64,000 nucleotides of DNA from Pavona decussata (taxonomy: Eukaryota): NCBI GenBank assembly GCA_977016875.1, contig CDRNST010000056.1, positions 1,178,001-1,242,000 of the forward strand. Reading direction: 5' to 3'. Within the stretch, counting starts at the first letter, position 1; every line of letters starts with the position of its first letter. Below, piece by piece: positions 1 to 13,040 of this stretch. The position numbers and the translations under genes are program-made. The notes under the pieces are model-generated. The model saw only the letters and a list, made by a program, of their open reading frames with translations. It made no database searches and was not told where the DNA came from.

Positions 1-81
1 CAGCACTGTTCCTGAGATACCCGTTAATTAAAAAAAAAAAACCCACAAACTTATGTGCTCAGTGTTATATTTACTTACTAG

Positions 82-261
82 TGTTGGCCGGGGTCGACGA
101 CACACGCACTACTGATAACTCAATGAACACAACACAGTCTTTATTCCTCAGCCGCGATCGACCACGAGGGATTTCTACAATGACAACCGCAACTGCGGGT
201 TCTGGGTAGCCCGGATGAAGTTTCCCTCAGAGAGGGTCTGAGTACAAGCAATGGGCCAACA
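82..261 (-). repeat. 3' LTR (180 bp)
   Basis: Begins TGTTGGCC, ends GGCCAACA; matches 5120-5311 except about 8 substitutions and two indels (7 and 5 bp). Confidence 0.95.
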
Positions 262-262
262 T

Positions 263-280
263 ACCCCCCCTCCCCCCCTC
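263..280 (-). other. Polypurine tract
   Basis: Minus strand GAGGGGGGGAGGGGGGG lies immediately upstream of the 3' LTR. Confidence 0.85.
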
Positions 281-402
281 TTTGAAAAGAAAAGGAAAAA
301 TAAACGGGATAGTTCTAAGGGGCACAGCATTTCTAGTCGGTTGTGACTGCTATTGGAGTCGGTTGTGACTGCTATTAGAAAGGTTACTGTGTAGCCCAAA
401 TT

Positions 403-1866
403 TTAATAGCGAGCATTACTTGAGTTCATAGTGTTTAAACCTAGTTGGTGGTTTGATGAGTCTTGTGCGTGTCCCCACGTCGGGATGGTGATCCCTGACC
501 TGATCCTGGGGTGTGTTAGTGGACAGCTCACTAGTACCCATGTCAGGTGTGCTTGCTTCTTGTTTTGGTGGTGGGGCGGGGGGGGGGGGGGGGATATGTC
601 GAGACCCGGGCCACTATTAATTGTTTCTAACTTGGGTAGTAGCTGCTGTGGAGGTTGGACAATGGGCGTGGTCAGCAGTGATCCTTGGGGATGGAAGGGA
701 GGCGCCAAGTTGTGTCCCGTTGTAAGCAGGAGTGTAGGTGAAGTGTAGGGTGATGTAGGAGGGGGAGGCGCTGCACGCCTGATGTGTATCCGATTTCTTC
801 GAATGGAGCTGCTTGGCGTTTTTATGGTGTATGACCTGGAATGGCGTTCTTCAGTTACACGGCCATATGCCCATGGGGTGCCTGGTTTACTAGTCGGCGG
901 ACGTGCATACACAAATTCACCAATGTTGATAGCATTGTGCTCTGGGCTGGCAGTCTTGTCGTAGTAGGCTTTACTGGCGTTGCGTTTTGCCTTGATATCT
1001 GTTGATATGGTGTCGCGGTTGATCGACATTGGTTCCAAAAGGTGGTCAGCCGTTGGGAGTGATGTTCGTGTCCGACGGCTCACCATACGTTCAGCAGGAG
1101 AGTAAGTGTGGCCTTTTTGGGATGTGTTCCTATAGTTAAGCAAGGCGATTTGGAAGTCATCTGATTTCTTTAGCATGGACTCCGACACTTTCACTGCCGC
1201 TTCCGCTCGACCGTTGCCTTGGGAATGGTAGGGGCTGGAGGTGGTATGTGTGAATCCATATTGAGAAGCAAAGTCCATGTAGTCCTTGCTGACAAATTGC
1301 GGACCGTTGTCTGTGTGACAGATACGGGGAAAGCCGAACCCGGCAAAGCGAGCTTTGGTTTTGCTGATAACTGTTGTGGCTAAGATGTCATCAAGTTCAT
1401 TCACTTCAATCCAATCAGAGAAGTGGCATACTGTTACGAGGTAGGCTTTCTGTCTGTGTATGAAGATGTCTTGGCTTATGATCTGCCGTGGTAGTGTTGG
1501 GATCGGGAGCGATCTCAAAGGTTCTTTTGTTGACGTCGAGCCATACTGTGCACAGGTACTACAGTTGTTGCACATATCAAAGACTGCTTGTCGCATCCCC
1601 GGCCAGAATAATACTTCCTGTGTCATGCGTATATTTGACTCAGGACCAAAGTAGTTTGCATGGTTTTTGAGCAGCATCTCAGCTTGCATGGATTGTGGTA
1701 TCATCACTTGTGCTCCTTTGTAGATAAGGCCATTGTCGATCGTTAGCTCATCCCGGTAAGGCCAGTATGGCCGTAGTGGTTGTGGAACCTGGTTTCTGCT
1801 ATCCGGCCAGCCTTGAACGATTGTGGTCATTAGTTTGGAGAGGTGTTCATCCTTTTTTGGTCTCAT
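403..1866 (-). pseudogene. Gypsy integrase (zinc-finger region and DDE core) with Pro-rich tail, frameshifted from RT/RH
   Basis: Motifs FWPGM..CxxC, SQDIF, TDNGPQF, SPYHSQGNGRAEAAVK. Confidence 0.9.
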
Positions 1867-3360
1867 CGCGTAAGCGAGATTCGGTGGTTTCTGTCAGACG
1901 TGGGTTGTGTGTGCCTGAGTCCTCTGTGAGTTCAGCCCTGAAGACTTCGAAACCTGTGACGCGGGCGTATACTGGGGTAGGCAGTGCGGCTCTCGAAAGG
2001 GTGTCAGCCGAGTGGAGTGAGATTCCCTGGTTGTATTTAATGGTGAAGCGGTATCTCTGCAGTCGCATGAGCATTTTCTGTAACCGCGCTGGTGCTTTGT
2101 GCTGGGGCTTTTTGCAGATGGTCTCAAGTGGCTGATGGTCGTTGTGGACCTCTTTGTCTGATTTTCCATACAGCCAGTGGTCGAATTTTCTGAATGCGTT
2201 GCAAATGGCTAAGCACTCTTTCTCTATTTGTGAGTATCGTTGTTCGGTGGCGTTGAGGCTGTTTGATGTGTATGCTACAGGTTGGAGGCGTCCTTTACTA
2301 TTCGGCTGGAGGAGGGCAGCGCCCGCGCCAACCTCACTTGCATCAACTTGAAGTGTCACCGGTTTGTTGAGGTCATAGTATTGGAGCACTGGTGCAGTGG
2401 AACTGAGGTGTTTAGCTTTCTGAAATGCGTCATCTTGTGCTTGTGCCCACATAAAGGGGGTATCTGACTGGGTGAGTTGGGTGAGAGGCCTGATAGTGTT
2501 GCTGAGGTTGGGGCAACAGTGTGAGAGGTAGTTGGCCATCCCCACGAATCTCTGTACGCCTGCTTTGTTTTGGGGTGGGGCCATTGTCGTGATTGCTGCT
2601 ATCTTGTCTGGGTCTTCTTGCGTTCCTTGGTCAGTTATGATGTTGCCCATGAATTTGACTTGTTTCAGTTTGAACTGTAGTTTGTTCTGGTTTAGTTTTA
2701 TGTTCTTGTTTGAGCAGCGCTCCATAAGGGCAACAAACCGGCGGTCATGGCCTTGCTCGGCTTCTTGGTAGTTTGAACCTTCTCCAAAGACAAGGATGTC
2801 ATGATCATCTGCCATACACAGGATGCCTTCAGGGCCCTCTAGAGCTGACATCAGGCGTTTCTGAAATTCCGCAGGGGCACTTGAGACACCAAATGGCAGC
2901 CGTAGCCATCGGTATCTCCCGTAGGATGTATGCATTGTTGTCATGAGTGACGATGCTTCATCAAGAGGTACGTGTAGGAAGCCTTCTCTAACATCGACTA
3001 GTGAGAAGCATTTGGCATGGCAGAGTTGGTGAAGTTGCTCAGACAGTGTTGGCATCTGGTATACTGGTCGCAGAATGCCCTTGTTAATTGTTTGACTGGG
3101 GTCAATGCAAAGCCCTGTTTTCTTTGGTGTCTCTTTAATGACCTCGTTGGAGCACCATGAGGTCGGTTCCTCTACTCTCTTTATGATGCCGGCTGCAGCG
3201 TATCTGTCAAGGGATTCCTTTTCTTTGATACGTTTGGCTACTGGAACTCAATGGATAGGCATCTGTACTGGTGAGACGTCGGCTTTTACTTCAAAGTGAA
3301 CTGGGGGTCCCAAGTAGCCAAGGCCTTCAAAATTCTCAGGATACTGTTGTAGTACGTTCT
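1847..3360 (-). pseudogene. Gypsy reverse transcriptase and RNase H
   Basis: GRYRWLRLPFGVSSAP; catalytic motif altered to MADDHDIL; RNase H motifs LQVDAS, YSQIEKECLAI, DHQPL; N-terminal part interrupted above 3055. Confidence 0.9.
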
Positions 3361-3395
3361 CTTTTGTGAGCTCCCCAGGTGCGGCCAGACGTCTT

Positions 3396-3975
3396 TTAGA
3401 AGGGATCATTATGGGTTTTGAGGGTGAGGGCGTTGTGGGTTCCCCGCACTGTTTGTCCTGGTTGGGGTGGTCCAGATGGCAGCCTGTGGCTTCCTTGGGT
3501 GTGCCGTGGGTGTTCGCTGTTGGGCTGCCTGAGGCTTGGCTGGTATGTGACGAGCTGGCTTGGTAGGGGGGGGGGGGGGGGGGCTCTCTTTCCTGTGGAT
3601 TCTGTTACTGCTGTTATGAGGGAAAATAGTTCGTCTGCTTTGATGATGATGAGCCCCAGCGTCTCACAGTCGGACCCAGAGAGAAGGGCTGGTTTGGCCA
3701 ACATGACGTCTCGAGGGATTACCTGGAATGTGAGTGTTTCGTATCTTCTGTTTCGTTCGCATAGGAGGTCGATCTGCCCCAATGGTTTCAGTGGCTGGGC
3801 GTTGTCGTAGGGGTGGAGGAGGTAAGGTGACTTTGTTAGCTTCATTTTTGGCATCAGCCTGAGAAGGGTGTTTTCAGACAGGGTATTGCAGGTGGCGGCG
3901 GTGTCTATCTGAAATGTCATTGGGATGAATTTGTTCCCAGTTGCAGATATTGGCAGGGTAACAAAGTGCTTTTTC
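3396..3975 (-). pseudogene. Gypsy aspartic protease region
   Basis: FQIDTAATCN (D-T/S-G-like) and ALLSGSDCETLGLI. Confidence 0.8.
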
Positions 3976-4199
3976 TTTGCGGCGTCTGTGCGGACACTGT
4001 GTAGTTGCCGTGTTTCCAGGGAGTAGCACTGTTCTTGGTAGTCATCAGTGTAGTATTCTACAATGAGGTGATCATTGGCGGTGTGTAGCAGATGTACGTT
4101 CTGTTTGTGGGGGGTACCGGTTGGGGCCGATCACGAGGGGTTCTGTCGCCGCGGCCTCTGCCCTGAGGTTGCCATTGGGTAGTTTTCCGCGGTTGTGCT

Positions 4200-5014
4200 T
4201 GTTGGGGGGAGGGCCCTGTTTCAAGACAAACTCTGGAGAAGTGGTCGTTAATCCCACACTTTGTGCACGTTTTGTCATTGGCAGGGCATGTTTTCCAGGA
4301 GTGGGGTGCTCGTCGGTCCCCGCACCAAAAACAGGTTCCGGGCTCCCGCTTTTATTTCATTTGTTTGTGGCTAGTCCAGTTCACTTGTTCTTCAATTCCT
4401 TTTGTGGCGTCTGTAATGAGTTTGTTCGCTTTCTGAGCCGACTCATGGGCCTTGGCTTCGGCTACGACGTCTTGCATGCTCTTGGGCGTTCCATCCGACT
4501 TTAAGTGCGTTTTCAGTAACTCAGCTCTCATTGTGTCATCGTGTAGCCCAAACACGAATTTATCGCGGCACATTTCGTCTGTCGACGTGTTGTAGGAGCA
4601 AGGCTGCCTGCCTGTCTGACTTTAACCTCCCATTCTTGAACGGATTCATGTGGGCTTTGTTGAGCGTGCCAGAATTTGAATCTGTCTGCCAGCAGAGGGC
4701 TTCCGATAGATCCAGTGTAATGAAGTCGTAACTTGTCCATCCAGACCCCATGGTTTTCCCCTATCATCAGCTGGGATCTGCAGTTCAATGGTGTAGCGGA
4801 TCACCTGCAAAGCTTCGTCTGGCATTGCCGATCGTAACGGCGATATTTCTAGCAAAGCTTTCTTGTAATAATCCGCTCTCTCCGTGACCGGGTTTTTCGC
4901 CAGGTTTCTGTAGTCTGCTTGGTTGCAGTAATCGTGAAATCTAACTTCAAAGTTCTTGAAATTTTCGGGTATATTCCCGCCGAGTTTCAATTCAGGTCGT
5001 TTGAGGTTCGCCAT
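4200..5014 (-). pseudogene. Gypsy gag, split across three frames
   Basis: Consecutive ORFs 4646-5014, 4528-4788 and 4352-4573 read as one gag (DRFKFWHAQQSPHESVQEW, RDKFVFGLHD). Confidence 0.8.
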
Positions 5015-5100
5015 CTTTGTTTGACGAGTTGTCTGCGATGGTATCGTTTGGTGTGCGTTTAACCTCCGTGAATGTTTCCTTTGTCGATTTGTCGGGCCGA

Positions 5101-5119
5101 TCTCACTATTCTGACACCA
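5101..5119 (-). other. Primer-binding site, tRNA-Leu-like
   Basis: Minus strand TGGTGTCAGAATAGTGAGA directly follows the 5' LTR; resembles the complement of the tRNA-Leu 3' end (TGGTGTCAGAAGTGGGAT). Confidence 0.75.
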
Positions 5120-5311
5120 TGTTATTAATTGGCCGGGGTCGACGACATACGCCTTACTGATAACTCAATGAACACAACACAGTCTTTATTCCTCAGTCGC
5201 GATCGACCACGAGGGATTTCTACAATGACAACCGCAATTACCGGTTCTGGGTAGCCCGGATACGATGAAGTTTCCCTCAGAAAGGGTCTGAGTACAAGCA
5301 ATGGGCCAACA
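5120..5311 (-). repeat. 5' LTR (192 bp)
   Basis: Direct repeat of 82-261. Confidence 0.95.
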
Positions 5312-6166
5312 CTAGCTGGCATTAACCTGGAGCAGAAATTAATAGTTAATAGTCGAGAAACATTTCAAATTTTAAATTTCATGTAACTCCCCAGGCTAGA
5401 AGCTTACTGATGTAATCGTATAATGCATTGCTGAGGGATTGAAACAAATCCGGTAACCTTTTAATCTCTGACATAATCAGAAATAATTTTGCTGCCATAA
5501 ACCCGCCTTCTCGTTTATAGTTCAATCACGAAGAGGCTCTTATATTAACACCGGTGAAATTGTTCAAACTGTATATCATATAGGGTAACAGGAAGGCAGA
5601 ATTGTTAATGACTGGTACAAAAAAAAAAAAACTAAAACGGCTTATGTGCCTTTTCTTGCCAGTCTTGGAAAGCTAGCCAAAATAATTATTGAGTTCCAAT
5701 TTGGAGGTGAAATGTTTCCAACACACACTTATGTGCTTTGTGTTATATTTACTTACTAGCTGGTATTAACCTGGAGCAGAAATTAATAGTTAAAAGTCGA
5801 GAAACATTTCAAATTTTAAATTTCATGTAACTCCCCAGGCTAGAAGCTTACTGATGTAATCGTATAATGCATTCCTGTGAGGGATTGAAACAATTTCGGT
5901 AACCTTGCAATCTCTGACATAATCAGAAATAATTTTGCTGCCATAAACCCGCCTTCTCGTTTATAGTTCAATCATGAAGAGTCTCTTACATAAACACCGG
6001 TGAAATTGTTCAAACTGTATATCATAAAGGGTAACAGGGAGGCAGAATTGTTAATGACTGGTACGAAAATAAAATTGAAACGGCTTATGTGCCTTTTCTT
6101 GCCAGTCTTGGAAAGCTAGCCAAAATAATTATTGAGTTCCAATTTGGAGGTGAAATGTTTCCAACA
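5312..6166. repeat. ~440-bp tandem duplication; unit 1 = ~48-81 plus 5312-5722, unit 2 = ~5723-6166
   Basis: Near-identical blocks from ctggYattaacctggagcagaaatt to aatgtttccaaca. Confidence 0.92.
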
Positions 6167-6797
6167 AAAAAGTCTTTACGATTGCAAAGAAATACGCTCA
6201 AAAAAAAATTTCAGCTCTCTTTTCAGCTCAATTTTTCGCAATAAGACTTTGAAATACTTTTATCTGAGAATGATTGTGCCGAAATCAGCTCTTTAATAGA
6301 TACCCTCTCTCGGAGTCTCTTTTTTCTTGGCAATCGCCATATATCCTTTTTGAAACTCTGCCTTTTGTTAGGCTAAGTATACGCCGCATACGTGGGAGGA
6401 ATGTTTCATGAAACCCATATTATATGTGGGCCAAGTATATATACTTGTGTTTGTACGTAATTTTTGTAAATTTCTTTCCATGCAGTTTTGCCTCCCGCCT
6501 CAACCTAACCTATGCTAATAGCGTCATAGCGAGTTGTGAATTTTTCCTACAACCAGAATATTAAAAAATAAGCCGGGTCATTGTTGTGAGCATTTGTTCG
6601 CCGAAGTCACCAGTTTTCATTAACCTCCTCAAACACAATTAGAACGCATCCGGCGCCCTGCCAATTCGTCATCAATTATGCATTAGATAATATTGATAAA
6701 GAGAGGAAGAATAAGAGAAAAGTAACAGTTCTCGAAACGCACCCTGGCCAGATTTCTTGTCCGCGTACAATTGCAAAGAGAAAAGCCAACTGAGATC

Positions 6798-8042
6798 ATG
6801 CCGTCTTTTTCTACCGTCTTTAATATGTGTTTATTCTACCATTTTGCTTTCCTAAACGAAGCGAAAGAGGTTTGGTTTGAATCTGCCGATACGTTGATTC
6901 AATTCGACAATTTCGTGGAACACAAGTTTCACTATCTGGCAGTGCCGAACAAGATAGGAACAATTAAAGTTCCTGAATTAACCGACTGCGTATTACAATG
7001 CCTGACAACCTCAACGTGTTTTTCGCTGAATATAGCTTCTACGTCAGACGAAAAAGGAATATTTTGGTGCGAGTTGTTGTCTGCTGACATGTTTAACATT
7101 TCCCATAGTTTCAGAGAAAACGCATCTTCCCATCATCTCTCCAGATGGGTAAGTTAGCAGACTTTGTTATTAATTGATGTCCATGTTATCCACGAGACTA
7201 CGCGAAAGCGAAAATTTATCGTTAAAAAGAAAACAGTCATTTTTAATATTGGTCAACTGGAAGAAATAAGTTTCGGCAAATTCGCAAATGTTAGTGTCGC
7301 AAGTGCCTCATTCAAAAGACGAGAACTAAAGTTGTGTAGAAAGTTTTCTCTAACAAAGGTACCAACCACATTGTCAATAAAATTTCACTCGGTAGGTATA
7401 AGTAATTTCACGACCATGACATACTGAAGCAATTTCGCGTGGATTAATGTACGATTTGCCATTTTAGGTGAAGGTAAACTCGAAAGGAATTTACTAGTCA
7501 GCGAAAACGAATATCGTTAGTAAAGATTTGCTAATACACACAAACATCATCACATGAGCCTAGTGAGTTAACTATATCCCACGAATCTTCTGTTGCTCAG
7601 TGGTACGTAGAGCATCCAGTCGAACTACAAGGTGCAAAGGTTGGAATCCTGCTGGGAGAACTCGGATTTTCTTATCCAAGTATGTTTGTGTCACTGACTG
7701 AATAAACACATCTATCATCATTTATCATTGTTTAATCTGCGCTGGGAAACAACCACGTACTCAACATTAGAGCTTTCAATGGAGAAGGAATATTAGTGGT
7801 TCGCTCGATTTACTATCCCTATGAATAATAACGGACTGCTCTCATGATCGCAGTATACTCGTCCCAAGCTGCCAGTGCACCTCGTGATGCGTTCGACTAA
7901 TGAGAGGCGCCTGGAGTAGCCTGTGAACAGGCTCCCGTAGCCGGATAGGGCGAAGAAAATGGCGAAGGAAAAGGCCGCTAGCGAAGCGAGCCGAGTGAAG
8001 CTGGCCGAGGGGGTCCCTTCTCCTCCCCCCAGGCTTTTTGTT

Positions 8043-8081
<39 letters not shown>

Positions 8082-9752
8082 GAAAATCACTCTTGCGTTT
8101 TAGATTATTTACGACTCACCTTAGTTTGTTTTTCGTAAGTTTTTTTTTTAATATTTTGTTTTTGTATTACTTGATATGGATTTAATTTTCACAATTGTTA
8201 TTTACACTATTTCAGACACCTTGCTTGGAAAAACCGTGTCAGAACGGAGGTTCCTGTATTGCAAATTACGACGATGATTCCTACAAATGCCTTTGTGCAT
8301 CAGGAGCTTATACCGGAAAACATTGCGAAAGTAAGCAAACTATGAAATTTGTCAAATTTCAGTCTGTAGTTTTAGGAAACTTGTTTGTTTTTGAATGGCA
8401 CTGCAGTCTTGGTTCTCTCACAATATTTCATTGGTTTGGTTGGGCAAAGGATATTAACATAGGTAGGCTTTTATGCTATTTTTGTATTACATTTCTTATT
8501 GTAATGACATCGTTATTAACGAAAATATATCGCCAATTATGTTATACTTAAACGTTTTGGGCGTTCTGACCTTGATAAGGCTTGATCCTATGAACAGAAA
8601 AGATTGGCACGGAAAAAAGACATTGGTCCTCTTAACGTACCTTGAACATTTCCTGTAATCTTTTAAAGGAATGAAGAATGTCGGAACAGCAAAAGGAACA
8701 GCAAAACATGGTTTTCCGAGAAGTTCAACAAAGTTTTTATTAATTCATTTGTTTCTTTGTTTCTTCTTTTGGATGAGATTAGTATGGGACAGAGGATTGC
8801 CTCACCCTACCGTTTTGTGAAAAATGAACCTTAGTTATCTTCCCAGCAAGTCACAGTGCATATCCCGCCTGTAACTCTTCACATAGTGCCGGATCGGCCA
8901 CGGCGACTCCTCTTTTTAGCTATTCATCACTTTCTGTGTGGCTGCCCGTAGCCGTCGCTGCCACGAACACCAAGATTAGACGCCACAGGATAAATGCACT
9001 TTTTAAAATACAAAATGGAATACGAACGAAGATGGACAGATTACAAGTTATTTACAGTGACATTAAACAAAGTCGAAATTAGAAATACGCAAGAAAGAGT
9101 AAAATGAAAAAGAAAACACGCAAAACAACGCGAAATGAACAAAGCCAAGTTGGTCTGATGGCAGATCATTGTTCCATCGCTTAGCGGTCTAATTTAGGTT
9201 ATTGATTTAGTCACCGGGACGAGAAGAAAGGAAACGGTGGCAAGCTTGCGAATCCCTGGCCAATAACAGCATTGTACAATCCAAAAGGGTCATAGGCCTC
9301 TCTCTTTATGTAACATCTCCTCACCGAACTAACTTAACTTTCACCTTACAGCTCCAGCTTGCAACCTGACAGACGGATGGAGGTGGTTCAACAACCGCTG
9401 TTACAAATTTGTCGAGACTAAAGCGACATGGCGGTCGGCCAAAGCGCACTGCGACAGCCTGAGTTCCCAGCTGGCAACCATTCATTCAAAAGAGGAGAAT
9501 GACTTTGTCCACTCGCTCACCTCTGCCTCAGGGAATAAAACATGGATAGGAGGAAACGACATCGCCAAAGAGGGAAGATGGGTCTGGGTGAACGGAGAGA
9601 CCTGGGGCAAGTACACGGCCTGGTCTTCTAATCAACCTAATGGCGGCGTTAATGAGCAGTGCTTAATGATGTATCATACCAGTGGTAAATGGAACGATTC
9701 CAAGTGCAGTCGATCGTACTTTTTTGTTTGTAAAAAACGAAGTCGGAATTAA
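6798..9752 (+). CDS. PAN/Apple-EGF-C-type lectin protein, 3 exons: 6798-7148, 8216-8330, 9352-9752
   Basis: GT-AG sites with compatible phases (0, 1). Exon 1: hydrophobic N-terminus and DCVLQC..CFSLN..WCELL (PAN-like). Exon 2: PCLEKPCQNGGSC..YKCLC..YTGKHCE (EGF). Exon 3: WRWFNNRCY, WIGG, QPN, EQC, WND, C..FVCK, then TAA. Confidence 0.88.
7583..7720 (+). mobile_element. Decayed tRNA-derived SINE in intron 1
   Basis: A-box-like TGCTCAGTGG and B-box-like GGTTGGAATCC followed by a non-tRNA tail. Confidence 0.55.
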
Positions 9753-10659
9753 ATCTCAGGGTTCATTTTGTCCTGTGACAGTGAGGAGCTAGTGAAAGTG
9801 GGTGATTTTCAATATAATGTTTTAAAATTGGCGAAATGCCTACAAACATTTTCTAAGACTATTACAAGCTAGTGACAAAATGTTACAGTTTCCATAATCT
9901 AAATAACTGACAGTTACTTAATTGACGTCTCGAGGTTCACTCTCAAGTTGTGCGGGGAAACATCCACATATTTTCCACTCATAAAGCAGTGAACGATACC
10001 CCATACTTTTTATGCCTAAAAAGCCTGGTGTAATCTCAGAGGACCGTGATTGTTTTGTAACAGTGTGGGAATTAATATTCTCCGGTCGAATACTGTCTTT
10101 TTCAATACGTTTGAGCATTTTATGTTTGTGTCAGGTAGTAGCCTCATGAAAAACCTCCCACGGACAATTTATTAACATGGTTTTAAAAAATAGTCAGGCG
10201 CACGGGCGCAGTTGCTCGGGGGAAATATCTCCGGGTGCTGGACAAACTCTTTTTTAAAAGTATTCTTGGATTAATCATGTCTTAAACTTAGATTAAAAAA
10301 CTTCATTTATCGTTTAATTACCTTAAATCTAAGTCCAGTACTCATTTAAGTAATCTTAAACTTAAATTAATCATGTCTTAAACTTAGGTTAAATAAGTCT
10401 AGGTTAACGTTAAAGGCACTTAAATCTAAGTTTAGTACAATTTAAGTTAGCCTAAGCCAGGTCTAAATATTTCATTGAATTTAATGTTATGGTTAAGAGA
10501 GCTTTAATACCTTTACTCCTCTATTAAACATGACTTAAACCAGCGAAAATTTTAAAAGGGATTTAATATGCTTTTGAGAAAACTTTTAACTTAACGGTTC
10601 CAGTCTCTTCTGGCGACCTATCGCTGGAAAAAGAGTTGATGACTCTGGGTACGAGATTG

Positions 10660-10950
10660 AGTTTGACTGTAGTGGTTATGAATACCGCGCTGATCTAAGT
10701 CCCTTTGTGGATATTTAAGAAGGAGAGCTTAATTAAAAAATGACGCGAATCCACGTGAGCAAAAAACCACCCTAACTGGGTTCTTTCTCCCTCCCATTCG
10801 AATATTTAGAAAGGGACTATAAGCAGTCCCCTGTATAAGAGGCATTTCACCAGGCAATCACTTCTGAAATGATCTGAATCACTGATCACGACGACAGTCT
10901 AACCTTCAGGAGGTCGTTCTATCAAGACCACAATTCTGAAACCTGGAATA
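10660..10950 (+). repeat. Partial copy of the TRIM upstream region (matches ~12580-12880)
   Basis: Shared tgtagtggttatgaataccgc...caagaccacaattctgaaacc; ends at the MITE starting 10951. Confidence 0.85.
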
Positions 10951-11929
10951 CAGTTGAACCTCCCCACAACGGCTACATTGGGGACATAAGAAAGTGGCCG
11001 TTGTTGAGAGGTGGCCGTTATTGGGAGGTAGAAGTGTGTAATATGACACCTTTTTTCGGGAAGTGCAGCATGTTTATTGTGCCAAGTTCATGCTTAATGT
11101 AGCCTATAATGGTAATCCAATCTTAAACAATACATATTTAGATAAAATACACAATAAAACGTTTATAATTTTTTGAATCAAAATGTTAACAAGACGAAAC
11201 CAGTAAGGTTGGCAACATTCGTTCTAAGTACTGTAGTCCTGATTGTAGACAATTTATGCTTATATACTGCAGCATGTAAATGGAACACAATCAAAATACA
11301 TATACCATTAAAATGGATACAATGGTATCAAGCTGCTTGTCAAATGCTTGTGCGACTTGCACTGGTGCCGCGAACATGATGTCCCTCCAACCAACTTGAA
11401 AATAATATACGAAAAACAACAACAACAACAACAAAAATAAACAAACGAACAATTTAAACTGCGAGTACAGTCGATAATTTTGTCCATTTTTATTTCCCTC
11501 GCGACACGTTTCCTCGCGGAAGGTGACTCTCTAGCGCGCGCTTGTATTCGCCGGATAAAACTCTCCAAAATTAGCGACTACTACTCGTAGTGTTCTCAAC
11601 TGACTCTCAGCCTGACGTATGTTCTAAATATGTTCTAGAGAAGGTTCTTACAAAAAAGTACTGTATTTGCATTTAATTTTTGTTGAATTGAAAGACTTGC
11701 TGCGATTAATCATTGACGCCCCAAACGGATCAAAATTCGTGACCATTCTTGACTTTTTCGTCAGTCACTGAAAAGACTGGCCGTTGTCGAGAGGTTATTT
11801 TGGCAGTTGGGGACGCGCTTAAGTGGCCAATGCCGTTGTAGAGAGGTTTAAACAAGAGCTAATATATGGACTGTCCGGGACAAAAAAGGGGCCGTTGTGG
11901 AGAGGTGGCCGTTAGAGGAGGTTCGACTG
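10951..11929. mobile_element. Non-autonomous Tc1/mariner (pogo-like) element
   Basis: TIR CAGTTGAACCTCC / GGAGGTTCGACTG with TA on both sides; subterminal ggccgttg repeats. Confidence 0.8.
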
Positions 11930-13040
11930 TATCTTGCTTATGATTTCCAAAAAGTTAAATATCAACTCAGTGATACAAAAGGAAAAAAAAAATACAAAGC
12001 ACTATCAACCTTACCTTGCATGCTTCGAACACTCGTGCAAAATTCTTACTGCGTCGATTCCAACGTTTTTATAATTATGAAATCATCGCTGACCAACTCC
12101 ATTCCCCATTCCCCCTTTCCTTTAGTAACGCCCTTTTATTTCTCTGGAGTGTTTTATTTTGTAACACGAAGCTTCGCAAATCGCGCTAAATTTCATACTC
12201 AAAAACACGGCATTTTCACAGAATTCTGTTATTATCGATTTTCTGGAAAGTGAAAATGTACCGAATGATAGTTTGAAAATGTTTGATTTTGGGCAACATT
12301 TGCCCTTAATATATAAAACGCGGGGTGTGGGGGTGGGAAAAGCAATCACTTTCTTTTCAATCAATCATCCTCAGAAAACAGGCATCACAGGGTCAAACAT
12401 GTGATACCCTTGTCGTTGATCAATATGTTTCATGCCTTTGCATTTTGAGGTTAATTTATGCCAAATCGTGATGAAATAGGTTACGCCTTAGCTCATTTCT
12501 CAGAAAACACTTGAATAAGTCAGTTGACCTGCGTCAAATCACGTCAAATCACGACAAGTCACTGGCTCAATGCAGTCTCAGACTGTAGTCATGTGTAGTG
12601 GTTATGAATACCGCTGATCTAAGTCCCTTTGTGGATATTCAAGGGGGAGAGCTTAATTAAAGAATGACGCAAATTCACTCGAGTAAAAAAAACCCCAATT
12701 GGGTTCTTTTTCCATCCCACTCGAATATTTAGGAAGAGACTACAACATTAGCAGTCTCCTGTACAAGAGGCATTCTATCAAGCTATCTTCTGAAGAGATC
12801 TGAATCAACTGATCATGATGACAGCCTAAACTTCCGGAGGTTATATTATTCTATCAAGACCACAATTCTGAAACCTTGAATGAACTTAGAAGTCAAAACA
12901 TCTTACATGGCGCTTTCTGATTGGTAGAAATCTTAACCATCCGCAGGGTTAAGTCGACAAGTCTTGTCAAGACCTCATTGTTTCAGTAAGACTTTAACTG
13001 GGTTACTCCAAAGCTTCTTCAGTACTTTCTTTCATTAATA

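Larger units (their letters stand above)
82..5311 (-). mobile_element. Ty3/Gypsy LTR retrotransposon, full length, coding region frameshifted
   Basis: Two LTRs (82-261, 5120-5311) with TGTT...GGCCAACA ends; 4-bp TSD CTAG at 78-81 and 5312-5315; PBS and PPT present; gag-PR-RT-RH-IN order on the minus strand. Confidence 0.95.

Noticed and set aside
403-780. env-like or chromodomain extension after the integrase
   Set aside because: Low-complexity Pro-rich tail with a poly-C run; no signal peptide, transmembrane segment or chromodomain motif seen
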